DNA from: Patescibacteria group bacterium
GTDB lineage: Bacteria > Patescibacteriota > Microgenomatia > Levybacterales > UBA12049
Reading direction: 5' to 3'
DNA: 53,196 bases
Assembly (NCBI GenBank): GCA_036392095.1
Contig: DASVYQ010000070.1
Coordinates: 1 to 53,196 of the forward strand
The notes below the pieces were generated by a model. That model searched no databases and was not told the origin of the DNA. It saw only the letters and a program-made list of their open reading frames with translations. The translations under genes and the position numbers were made by a program. This document shows, one piece after another, positions 17,601-25,845 of the stretch (positions are counted from its first letter, which is position 1; each line of letters begins with the position of its first letter).

Positions 17601-18034
17601 GAGGAGGTGAAGAAGACGCCTGGAGATCTGACAAGTTGATTAACAACTGCTCTTTCAATACCATTAACAATAAAAGTTCCTCTTTCTGTCATTTGAGGAA
17701 TGTCTCCTAAGAAGATTTCTTGTCTTTGTGCTTTTCCTGTTTTTTTATTTAACAATGTTGCTTCTACATATAAAGGAGCATCAAAGGTAATTCCTTTTGC
17801 AATTGCTTCTTGTGGAGTTACAGATGGTTTGCCAAGTCTGTAAGAATCTAAAGAAAGGCTCCAGTTTTTTTCTGTAAAGTCATCAACAGGTGAGATTTCT
17901 TTTAAAGTTTCGCCAATAGCATTTTCTAAAAACCATTTGTAGGAGGTACGTTGGATTGCCAAAAGATCAAGCTTTGGCAATACTGTATAGTTTCTTCCCC
18001 AGTTTTGTCTTGTAATATTATCTGTTTTTGGCAT
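14639..18034 (-). CDS. rpoB: DNA-directed RNA polymerase subunit beta (with Ala/Asp/Glu-rich C-terminal extension)
   Basis: 1131 aa. Conserved blocks include GRHGNKGVIS and PESFHVLVKELQALG. An 80-aa acidic tail follows the normal C-terminus. Confidence 0.97.
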   Translation of the reverse strand: MPKTDNITRQNWGRNYTVLPKLDLLAIQRTSYKWFLENAIGETLKEISPVDDFTEKNWSLSLDSYRLGKPSVTPQEAIAKGITFDAPLYVEATLLNKKTGKAQRQEIFLGDIPQMTERGTFIVNGIERAVVNQLVRSPGVFFTSSIDPVTGKQLFNAEIRPAHGSWLEFATTRHGTITVKIDRRRKFAVTTFLRALGLSSNTDIKDKFTNVQDSDDYLGNTLTKDETTSETEALIEIFKKMHPGEPIVLEKVRESIHGLFFNNRRYDLGTVGRYKVNKKLNGTAGFNPAEVRTLTVDDIIGTVSYLINLTHGIGVIDDIDSLANRRVRSVGELVATTAFRVGVLRLERSIKERMSLIQADVPVSISNLINARPIMASLNEFFRTSQLSTILDQTNPLSEIDNLNRLTVMGTGGISRERAAFSIRDINASQYGRVCPIRSPEGPNIGLVTYLALFTRVNEHGFLETPYRKVVNGKATEEIIYVDAEDEQKHYITHAGSLNEKDQFNADRVPARYRGEFLEVDKEKIEYVDVSPRQVVGASASLIPFVAHDEANRALMGTHMQCQAVPLVHPESPVVGTGMENVVAEIMGRVVRAPFDGIVAKVDANGILVEGKDGQKAGFPIHAFVRTSNATSYTQRAKVVLNQKVKKGDILIDGPAAQNGELALGQNLLIAYTSFEGLGYEDAIVISDKLVKEDKLSSIHIEKYEAAVVETKLGPEETTRDIPNVSEEDLANLDEDGIIVVGSEVEPGAILVGKIAPKGETELTAEERLLRAIFGEQAREVRDTSLRMPHGERGTVVNVQILDRKQGDELEPGTIRKIIVEVAQFRHVVVGDKLAGRHGNKGVISRILPAADMPYLADGTPVDIVIQPISVLARMNLGQILEAHLGWAAQKLGQKVAVPVFEKISEDRIVALLKEAGLPVNGKAQLFDGRTGQPFENPVVVGIEYIMKLIHMVEDKAHARSTGPYSLVTQQPLGGKAQMGGQRLGEMEVWALESHRARYILQEMLTIKSDDVVGRSKAFEAMVKGTDIPTPTVPESFHVLVKELQALGIGVKPVGAAIAADDTTSAPAASAAGDDPAAAHTTAAEDAAEEKTEQEAKELEEVLGAAETVSPEDIKDDTIKAPEAEEAAELK

Positions 18035-18125
18035 CAGTAATTACTTTCTGTAGTGGCAGGTCCTTGACAAAAAAATAAGGACAGGGCTCACACCCTTCCT
18101 GCAATTTTTCTGCTAAGGTATCCTG

Positions 18126-18155
18126 TTTATACCATAACCTGTATTTAGATGTCAA
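18126..18155 (-). promoter_or_regulatory. Putative rpoB promoter (TTGACA-N18-TATAAA with TG extension)
   Basis: Minus strand: TTGACA (18155..18150) and TGgTATAAA (-10 at 18131..18126). This predicts a leader of about 85 nt. Confidence 0.4.
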
Positions 18156-18263
18156 GGGTTTTTGTTATTTTGCTCAAAGCTGGCGTAAGCCTGAGCAAAT
18201 ATGAACACAAAACATATATACCTATAATTAGTATATTTCTGGGAAAAAGCTTTCGTGGGAATT

Positions 18264-18272
18264 TGCTATAAT
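18264..18272 (+). promoter_or_regulatory. Extended -10 element (TGcTATAAT) of alaS; predicted leaderless transcript
   Basis: TGCTATAAT at 18264-18272 lies exactly 7 nt before the A of the ATG at 18280. There is no SD. Confidence 0.4.
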
Positions 18273-18279
18273 ACTAAGT

Positions 18280-20124
18280 ATGACTGCAAGAGAGATAATT
18301 GATATCTACATTAGCTTCTTTGAAAAAAGAGGTCACAAAAGAATTCCAAATGCTCCACTTGTGCCTGAGAATGATCCTACAACCCTATTTACCTCTTCTG
18401 GTATGCAGCCTCTTGTTCCCTATTTACTAGGAGAAACTCACCCAGCTGGAACCAAACTAGTAGATGTACAAAATTGTTTCCGAGCAGTAGATATAGATGA
18501 AGTTGGAGATAACCGACATACAACATTCTTTAGAATGCTTGGCAACTGGTCATTGGGTGATTACTTTAAAAAAGAGCAGCTTCCTTGGATTTGGGAACTT
18601 TTAACTAAAGACTTAGGATTTGACCCAAAAAGACTCTATGTGACTGTATTTAAAGGCGGCAATGGCGTAGAAAAGGACGAAGAAAGTGTTTTGATTTGGA
18701 AAGATCTTCTTACAAAAGCAGGATTAAACCCGGAAGAACGCATTTTTTACTACAAAGCAGAAAAAAACTGGTGGTCACGATCTGGTACGCCAGATAAAAT
18801 GCCAGCTGGCGAACCGGGAGGTCCAGATAGCGAAATTTTCTATGATTTTGGTGCAGAACTCAAATTACATGAAAACAGTCCATTTAGAAATCAAGAATGT
18901 CATGTAAATTGCGATTGCGGACGATTTATAGAAATCTGCAACAGTGTTTTTATGCAATACAGAAAACTCGATGATGGCTCTTTGGCGCTGTTACCAAAAC
19001 CAAATGTTGATTTTGGAGGAGGTATGGAAAGACTTCTTTTAGCACTAGAAAACCAACCAGATGTATTTAAGACTTCCCTCTTATATCCAATTATTAAAAC
19101 TTTAGAGCAACAAACAGAAAAACCATATAAAGGTAATGAAATTAATATGCGTATTGTTGTTGATCATTTAATTGCAGCAAGTTTTATTATTTTGGCAGGC
19201 ATTAAACCATCTAATAAAGAACAGGGCTATATTTTGCGTCGTCTTATTAGACGAAGTTTAGACCATTTGTATGCTCTCAAAGAAATTCACATTGCTCCAA
19301 TACTTGAAGCAATTATTTTGCAATATAAAGAAACAGATCCAAAACTTGAAGAAAATTTTGAAGAAATTAAAAATACTCTTTTAGAAGAAGAACAAAAATA
19401 TGCCAACACAAGAAAAGAAGCAAAAAAATATATAGAAAAAAAATATAAAGGCAAAATAATAGGTGATGAATTAATGGGAGAAAAAGAAATAACAGCAGAA
19501 GATGCATTTATTTTGTATTCAACCCATGGTCTCTCCCCAACACAAATTAAAAGTTTGGGATATACTTTTGATGATCAAGCGTTTGCAGAAAAAATGAAGG
19601 CACATAAATCTTTATCTAAAACTGCTTCTGCAGGAAAATTTAAAGGAGGATTAGCTGATACACAAGAATTAACTGTTAAGGGTCATACTGCCACCCATTT
19701 ATTGCAACAAGCCTTAAGAGATATATTAGGACCACATGTTCATCAGACAGGATCAAATATTACAACTGAGAGATTGCGATTTGATTTTAGTCATCCCGAA
19801 AAATTAACAGATGAACAAATGAAAAAAGTTGAAGAGAGAGTTATTAAAAAAATTCATGAAGATTTACCTGTTCATTTTGAATTATTACCATTAAAAACAG
19901 CAAAAGAACTTGGAGCAATTGGTTTGTTTGATGACAAATATCAAGAAAACGTAAAAGTGTACTTTATTGGTGGAACCGGGAAACCTGGTGACCATACTGC
20001 ATATTCAAAAGAATTTTGCGGCGGTCCACACGTTGAGCATACTGGAATTATTCACTCATTTAAGATTACCAAACAGGAAAAAATTGGCGTGGGTCAACAA
20101 CGTATCTACGCCGTGGTATCATAA
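18280..20124 (+). CDS. alaS: Alanine--tRNA ligase, short form lacking the C-Ala domain
   Basis: 614 aa. Catalytic-core motifs FTSSGMQ and RHTTFFRMLGNWSLGDYF. Editing-domain motifs HTATHLL and FCGGPHV. The protein ends right after the editing core. Confidence 0.9.
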   Translation: MTAREIIDIYISFFEKRGHKRIPNAPLVPENDPTTLFTSSGMQPLVPYLLGETHPAGTKLVDVQNCFRAVDIDEVGDNRHTTFFRMLGNWSLGDYFKKEQLPWIWELLTKDLGFDPKRLYVTVFKGGNGVEKDEESVLIWKDLLTKAGLNPEERIFYYKAEKNWWSRSGTPDKMPAGEPGGPDSEIFYDFGAELKLHENSPFRNQECHVNCDCGRFIEICNSVFMQYRKLDDGSLALLPKPNVDFGGGMERLLLALENQPDVFKTSLLYPIIKTLEQQTEKPYKGNEINMRIVVDHLIAASFIILAGIKPSNKEQGYILRRLIRRSLDHLYALKEIHIAPILEAIILQYKETDPKLEENFEEIKNTLLEEEQKYANTRKEAKKYIEKKYKGKIIGDELMGEKEITAEDAFILYSTHGLSPTQIKSLGYTFDDQAFAEKMKAHKSLSKTASAGKFKGGLADTQELTVKGHTATHLLQQALRDILGPHVHQTGSNITTERLRFDFSHPEKLTDEQMKKVEERVIKKIHEDLPVHFELLPLKTAKELGAIGLFDDKYQENVKVYFIGGTGKPGDHTAYSKEFCGGPHVEHTGIIHSFKITKQEKIGVGQQRIYAVVS

Positions 20125-20130
20125 GAATAT

Positions 20131-22599
20131 ATGAAACTGCCCTTTACCCTTCCCTTTGGGAAGAAGGAAGTAAAAAATTACTTCCTAGCACTACTATTGC
20201 AAGATGAAAAAGTAGGTGCTGTTGTTTTTGAAGAAACCAACGGCATGATGCACGTTGTGGGAAGATCAGAAGAACATTTCCTAACCTCTTTAAACGAAGT
20301 CTCTTTTGAAGAATTATTAGATACTGTAGATAAAGCTGTGAGTACAGCTGAAGAAACTCTCCCAGAAAATATTCAAACGGAAAAAACAGTTTTTGGCGTA
20401 AAACAAGATTGGGTACTTGATGGAAAAATAAAAAAAGATTATTTAGCAACACTTAAAAAAATGTGCGATGAACTAGCTTTAACTCCCATTGGGTTTTTAG
20501 TATTTACCGAAGCAATTATTCATTTGCTTTCCCAAGAAGAAGGTGCACCGGTTTCTGCAGTATTGGTAGAAATTGGTAAAAAAATAATTTCTATTTCGCT
20601 TATTCGGGCAGGACGAATTATAGAAACAAAGCAAGTCCCACTTGAAGAGCCAATTGTTCATGCAGTAGATAGCGCATTAAAACATTTTGCAGACATAGAA
20701 GTTTTACCTTCTCGAATTGTTTTATTTAATCAAGAAAATAATGAGAAATTATCACAAAGCTTTATTAAACATACCTGGAGTAAAACATTGCCATTTTTGC
20801 ACGTTCCTCAGGTAACCATTCTTCCTGCTGGTTTTGAAACTAAAGGAATTCTTACAGGTACTGCTGCACAAATGGGTTTTAACGTAACAGGAGAAGATAC
20901 AATTGTTCCCTTAACAACAAGAAAAAAATCAGCAGAAAAAGGTATTGAGAAAGAAGAAGAATCTTTTGCATTTGCAAAACATGAAGATTTAGAAACAAAA
21001 CAAGCTAGCGTAAAACCTGACCTAACTCCTGAAATAGAACCTACAGAAGCAGAGGAAGAAGAAGAATTAGAACAAGAAGCAATTGAAGAACCAAAAAAAA
21101 TACATACAAAAGCAAAATCTTCTGTGCTGAATGAAAATGTTAGCGCAGATTTTTTTGGATTTGTGGAGAATCAGGATATTACAGGAAGCAAAAAAAAACC
21201 TATCAAAATAAATAATGATAATTTTGAAACACCAGCAAACTTTGATGAAGCATTTGCAGAAATTCCAGAAGAGGTCAAAGAAGAGGAAACTTTTGAAAAT
21301 ACAGCATCTGGCGGATTACCTCTTAATGGCATGCTGCTTTTTGCAGGAGTTAAAAAGGGACTACAAACACTTCCTTGGGGGAAATTAGTATCTATTTTTC
21401 ATATAAAACTTCCTTCTAAAAAACGCATTCCTAAAATAAAGCAAACAGAAGATCAAGAAGAATCATCATCTTCTCATGCAAAAATATATGCAATTGCCAT
21501 TGCGGTTTTTGTAATTATTATTGGCGGAATTATTGCATACATTTTAACAATCTCTGCAAACGTGACTCTTTTTGTAACACCAAAAGTCATTTCAGACTCA
21601 CAACCTATTACTTTTTCAACAAATGGTACAACCAATGCAGCACAAAATATTATTGCTGCACAAACAACTTCTGTAGATGAAAAAGGAACGCTTTCAGAAG
21701 GAACAACAGGTACAAAATCTATTGGAAATCCTGCAAAAGGACAAGTAACTATTTTTAATTTAAGTACCTCCCCTGCGTCTTTATCTGCAAATACAACAAT
21801 TGTTTCTGAAAATGGAAAAAAGTTTACATTAGATTCTGATGTAAGCGTTCCGGCAGCAGATCCTTATTCTGGAACAGGAGGAAAAGCTACCGTAAATGTT
21901 ACTGCAGCAGATATAGGTCCTGATTATAATCTCCCATCAGGTACAAAATTTTCTATTGGAAGTTCGTCAAATATAGGAGCTAAAAATGATAATCCATTTA
22001 GCGGCGGAACAAAACAAGATATTAATGTTGTTGCCTCAGCCGATATAGATAAAATCCAACAGGATTTAATAAAAAATCTTGAAGATAAAGCAAAAGCGGA
22101 TTTACAAAGCAAAGCTGATGGTTCAACAATTTTACCATCATTCTTTACCTCAGAAACAATTAGCAATAAAAATTTAAGTAATAAGGCAGGTGATCAAGCA
22201 AAAAATCTTACACTTTCTGCAACAGTAACATACGAAACAGTTACGATAAAGAAATCAGATATAGATTCGTACACAAAAGACCACCTGAAAGATCAATTAC
22301 AAACAAATGGAACGCTTACTGCAAATGGACTCTCAACAACAGTTACTGACATAAAACAGAATAAAGATACAACAACAGCAACACTTAACATGAAAGCGAC
22401 ATTGCTTCCTAGTATTACCATTTCTGATTTGGCTCAAAAAATTGCAGGTAAATCATTTACTCAAGCAACTAGTATGCTTAATGGCATTAATTCTGTTGCA
22501 GATGTTTCTATTAAATTAGTTCCAAATATTCCATTCTTACCTAAGGTCCTGCCAAGACTTCCACAACATATACATATTTCTGTTTCTGCGAATGAATAA
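20131..22599 (+). CDS. Large bitopic membrane protein: cytoplasmic actin-fold (FtsA/PilM)-like domain, acidic linker, one TM, extracellular baseplate-J-like domain
   Basis: 822 aa. The N-terminal roughly 250 aa show an FtsA/PilM-like pattern (PIGFLVFTEAIIHLL..GAPVSAVLVEIGKKIISISLIRAGRI). An E/K-rich linker follows. TM is IYAIAIAVFVIIIGGIIAYILTI (about aa 452-474). The C-terminal segment GNPAKGQVTIFN..GKKFTLDSDV..GGKATVNVTAADIGPDYNLPSGTKFSI resembles baseplate J/gp47-family repeats. Confidence 0.55.
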   Translation: MKLPFTLPFGKKEVKNYFLALLLQDEKVGAVVFEETNGMMHVVGRSEEHFLTSLNEVSFEELLDTVDKAVSTAEETLPENIQTEKTVFGVKQDWVLDGKIKKDYLATLKKMCDELALTPIGFLVFTEAIIHLLSQEEGAPVSAVLVEIGKKIISISLIRAGRIIETKQVPLEEPIVHAVDSALKHFADIEVLPSRIVLFNQENNEKLSQSFIKHTWSKTLPFLHVPQVTILPAGFETKGILTGTAAQMGFNVTGEDTIVPLTTRKKSAEKGIEKEEESFAFAKHEDLETKQASVKPDLTPEIEPTEAEEEEELEQEAIEEPKKIHTKAKSSVLNENVSADFFGFVENQDITGSKKKPIKINNDNFETPANFDEAFAEIPEEVKEEETFENTASGGLPLNGMLLFAGVKKGLQTLPWGKLVSIFHIKLPSKKRIPKIKQTEDQEESSSSHAKIYAIAIAVFVIIIGGIIAYILTISANVTLFVTPKVISDSQPITFSTNGTTNAAQNIIAAQTTSVDEKGTLSEGTTGTKSIGNPAKGQVTIFNLSTSPASLSANTTIVSENGKKFTLDSDVSVPAADPYSGTGGKATVNVTAADIGPDYNLPSGTKFSIGSSSNIGAKNDNPFSGGTKQDINVVASADIDKIQQDLIKNLEDKAKADLQSKADGSTILPSFFTSETISNKNLSNKAGDQAKNLTLSATVTYETVTIKKSDIDSYTKDHLKDQLQTNGTLTANGLSTTVTDIKQNKDTTTATLNMKATLLPSITISDLAQKIAGKSFTQATSMLNGINSVADVSIKLVPNIPFLPKVLPRLPQHIHISVSANE

Positions 22600-23320
22600 A
22601 ATTTATTATAAAAAAACAAAAAAAATAAACATTAATTTTTTTAGAAAAATTTTTGGTGTAGTGGTGGCACTTGCAGGATTAAGTGTTGCTTTATACATAT
22701 TTATTCCACTTATTTTGTGGCAATTATTTGTATCCCCTGCTTTAGCTCAGGCAGAATTAGCAGTTCCAATTCCGCAAACTACTCTTGTTACCCCCGGCAG
22801 TATTGCCAGTTTGTTTTCTTCTCAGCTAAGTGTTTTTGATGGAACTAATTCTTATGATGCCAAAAATTGGTTTCCAACATATAATGGAGGTAATCAAGCA
22901 GCTCGTGTCTCTTACTATTCAATTTCTATTCCAAAATTAAATATTATTAATGCAGTTGTTTCAACTGTTGATTCGGATTTAGCAAAACATTTAGTAAACC
23001 TTTCTGGAACAAGTATCCCTCCAGATAAAGGAAACACAGTTATTTTTGGACACTCAACACTTCCATCATTGTATGATCCAAAAAACTATAAAACAATTTT
23101 TGCAAATATTTTAAATCTACAAGTTGGCGATGAAATTTTAGTTAATGTTGATAATATTACCTACACATATAAAATATTTTCTATTCGAGTAATCGATCCT
23201 GACAATACATCTGTTTTGGCACAAACAACAGATGACAGTTATTTATCACTTATTACCTGCACTCCACCTGGTACAATTTGGAAAAGACTTGTTCTTAAGG
23301 CACGTTTGCAAACATTATGA
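22592..23320 (+). CDS. Sortase family transpeptidase
   Basis: 242 aa. N-terminal TM. Catalytic His (TVIFGHS), Cys (SLITCTPPG) and Arg (KRLVLKAR). Overlaps the upstream gene by 8 nt. Confidence 0.85.
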   Translation: MNKIYYKKTKKININFFRKIFGVVVALAGLSVALYIFIPLILWQLFVSPALAQAELAVPIPQTTLVTPGSIASLFSSQLSVFDGTNSYDAKNWFPTYNGGNQAARVSYYSISIPKLNIINAVVSTVDSDLAKHLVNLSGTSIPPDKGNTVIFGHSTLPSLYDPKNYKTIFANILNLQVGDEILVNVDNITYTYKIFSIRVIDPDNTSVLAQTTDDSYLSLITCTPPGTIWKRLVLKARLQTL

Positions 23321-24591
23321 AAGATGAAAAAGATCAAGCAATAGAGGCAATTAGAAAAAAACTAGTTGGGAAAAAATTAACCTACGATGAAATCTATGCG
23401 GTAATGGATGAAATTGCGCATAACAGATTAGGTGATGTATTAACTACCTATTTTACTGCCTCCGGATATTCTAAAGGATTTTCAAACGAAGAATTATATT
23501 TTTTAACAAAGGCCATGGTAGAAACCGGAGAAAGGCTTGAGTTTAAAGGTATTATTGCAGATAAACACTCCATTGGAGGAGTTCCGGGAACCAGAACAAC
23601 TCTTATTATTGTTCCAATTGTTGCAGCAGCAGGCTTTACCATTCCCAAAAGTTCTTCTCGAGCCATTACATCACCCGATGGAACAGCCGATGATATGGAA
23701 GTACTTAGTAAAGTTGAATTTACCAGAGAAGAAATTTACGAGATCGTAAAAAAAACCAATGGATGTATTGTTTGGGGTGGAAGTTTTCATATTGCGCCAG
23801 CTGATGATGTCATGATCCATGTTGAAAGAGAATTAACATTTGAAAGTTATGACAAAATTATTGTCTCAATTATGGCTAAAAAGGTTGCATTTGGCAGCAA
23901 TCATGTTGTTATAGATCTTCCTTTTGGCAAAACAGTAAAAGTACATAGATATGAAGATGCAGAAGTTTTAAAGAAAAAATTTGAATATATTGCACATAAA
24001 TTTGACATCCATTTAAAAGTTTTAATTCATGAAACAAATGAGCCAGTTGGAAGAGGCATTGGACCTATTTTGGAAACCCGAGAATCATTGCGCGTGCTAG
24101 AGCAAACACCTGACCGACCAATAGATTTAGAAGAACGATCCTTACGCTTAGCAGGAGCATTGCTTGATTTATGTATTGCCAAACATATTCATGAAGAAAA
24201 AATTAAGGGACAATTTGGTGACGGATATGGTTGGGCCAAACATTTGCTAACAACCGGGAAAGCATGGGAAAAAATGAAAGATATTATTCAAGCACAAGGG
24301 GGCGATAATAAAGTAACAAGCAGTATATTAACAAGCAAATTAGGTAATTACTGCCGACAAATTACCGCTTCAAATTCTGGTTCTATAAAAACAATAGATA
24401 GTAAAAATCTTACGGTTATTGCAAGAATATTAGGAGCACCAAACCAAAAAGGATCTGGAATTTTCTTAAACAAAAAAATTAATGAACCATTTAAAAAAGG
24501 TGAGCTCCTCTATACTCTCTATAGTGAAAGCATGTATAATATGAGGGAAGCTTTAGAATCATTAAATCATTTTCCCTTTATAACAATATGA
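23317..24591 (+). CDS. Pyrimidine-nucleoside/AMP phosphorylase family protein (archaeal DeoA-like subtype)
   Basis: 424 aa. DKHSIGGVPGTRTTLIIVPIVAAAGFTIPKSSSRAITSPDGTADDMEVL. ATGA overlaps at both ends. Confidence 0.75.
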   Translation: MKDEKDQAIEAIRKKLVGKKLTYDEIYAVMDEIAHNRLGDVLTTYFTASGYSKGFSNEELYFLTKAMVETGERLEFKGIIADKHSIGGVPGTRTTLIIVPIVAAAGFTIPKSSSRAITSPDGTADDMEVLSKVEFTREEIYEIVKKTNGCIVWGGSFHIAPADDVMIHVERELTFESYDKIIVSIMAKKVAFGSNHVVIDLPFGKTVKVHRYEDAEVLKKKFEYIAHKFDIHLKVLIHETNEPVGRGIGPILETRESLRVLEQTPDRPIDLEERSLRLAGALLDLCIAKHIHEEKIKGQFGDGYGWAKHLLTTGKAWEKMKDIIQAQGGDNKVTSSILTSKLGNYCRQITASNSGSIKTIDSKNLTVIARILGAPNQKGSGIFLNKKINEPFKKGELLYTLYSESMYNMREALESLNHFPFITI

Positions 24592-25535
24592 ATCGTCTAA
24601 AAGTTACACTACTAATTTTTTTGTTGCTCGTAGTTGCTGTATTTATTTTTTGGTTTATTGGAAAACAACCTGTTAATCCAGGTGATAAATCAGAAAAAAT
24701 GTTTGTGGTAAAACAACAAGAAAATGTAAGAGATGTTGCAGCTTCTTTAAAGCAGCAGGGCTTAATTAGAAGTACACTCGTTTTTTTCTTCACAATAAAA
24801 CAATTAGGGCTTGATGGAAAAATCCAAGCTGGTGATTTTCGATTGTCTCCATCTATGAATGTTCGACAAATTGCAGAGGCTCTTACTCATGGAAGTATGG
24901 ATGTATGGATTACTATTCCTGAAGGGAAACGAGCAACAGAAATTGCAGAAATTTTAAGACTTAAACTTCCTTCATTTGATTCTTCATGGACAGATAAACT
25001 AACTGCTGAAGAAGGATATCTTTTCCCAGACACATATCTTTTTCCAACAGATGCAGATATAAATTTAATAATCTCTACTATGGAAAATAACTTTAATACA
25101 AAATATGCGCAGGCTTATACCGGTGCAACAAACAAGTTGTCAAAACAAGATGCCGTTATTTTAGCGTCAATAGTTGAAAGAGAAGGCAAAAATCCAACAG
25201 AAATGAAAAATATTGCATCTGTTTTAGAAAATCGGCTTAACATTGGCATGGCTTTACAAGCTGATGCAACAATGCAGTATGCAGTTGGAAAAAGTGGACA
25301 ATGGTGGCCACAAATTACACCAGCAGATTTACAATTACATTCAGCATACAACACATATAAAAATACTGGACTTCCTCCAACACCGATTGCAAATCCAGGG
25401 TTTAATGCATTATTTGCCGTATTTCATCCTGCAAATACAAATTATCTCTATTACTTTACAGATAGTAATGGCACAACACACTTTGCAGCAACTCTTGATC
25501 AACAGAATGCAAACATTGCCAAATTTGGAGAATAA
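24588..25535 (+). CDS. mltG: Endolytic murein transglycosylase MltG (YceG-like)
   Basis: 315 aa. N-terminal TM. Motifs: EGYLFPDTY, ASIVEREG, YNTYKNTGLPPTPIANPG. Confidence 0.9.
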   Translation: MNRLKVTLLIFLLLVVAVFIFWFIGKQPVNPGDKSEKMFVVKQQENVRDVAASLKQQGLIRSTLVFFFTIKQLGLDGKIQAGDFRLSPSMNVRQIAEALTHGSMDVWITIPEGKRATEIAEILRLKLPSFDSSWTDKLTAEEGYLFPDTYLFPTDADINLIISTMENNFNTKYAQAYTGATNKLSKQDAVILASIVEREGKNPTEMKNIASVLENRLNIGMALQADATMQYAVGKSGQWWPQITPADLQLHSAYNTYKNTGLPPTPIANPGFNALFAVFHPANTNYLYYFTDSNGTTHFAATLDQQNANIAKFGE

Positions 25536-25548
25536 TCCTTTATATTTT

Positions 25549-25845
25549 TTATTTTCTAATTCCTCTGAAGAATCTTTTCATCGGTTTTCTTGATGCAACA
25601 GCGGATTCAGGTGTTGGAGCTTCTCCTTCTTGCGTATACCCTTCTTCAAATTCTTCTTCGTTTTCTTCTAACATATCTGTTAACTCAGACATACCTTCAA
25701 ATCCATTTTCTGTAAGTGTTTTAAGTATTTGTTTCCCTTTTTTTGTAGCCAGTAAAAAAACAATTGCTGCTCCAACAATAACACCCAAAAAAAAGCCGTT
25801 CATAAATCCACCGCCAGAATGATGGTTATTGTTATTCTTGTCCAT
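25549..25845 (-). CDS. YtxH-domain membrane protein
   Basis: I placed the start at ATG 25845 because a perfect SD precedes it (AAGGAGGAAAATA-ATG). The segment GFFLGVIVGAAIVFLLATKKGKQILK is typical of YtxH. Confidence 0.65.
   Translation of the reverse strand: MDKNNNNHHSGGGFMNGFFLGVIVGAAIVFLLATKKGKQILKTLTENGFEGMSELTDMLEENEEEFEEGYTQEGEAPTPESAVASRKPMKRFFRGIRK

Noticed and set aside
21600-22599. The baseplate-J-like similarity as a hint of a prophage or tailocin remnant.
   Set aside because: No other phage-like genes (tail, portal, terminase, integrase) occur in the window. The domain is the ectodomain of a membrane protein embedded in a tightly overlapping housekeeping operon.
25243-25593. 116-aa plus-strand ORF overlapping the 3' end of mltG and the YtxH gene.
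   Set aside because: It is out of frame within mltG and antisense to the YtxH gene, and its translation has no recognisable features.
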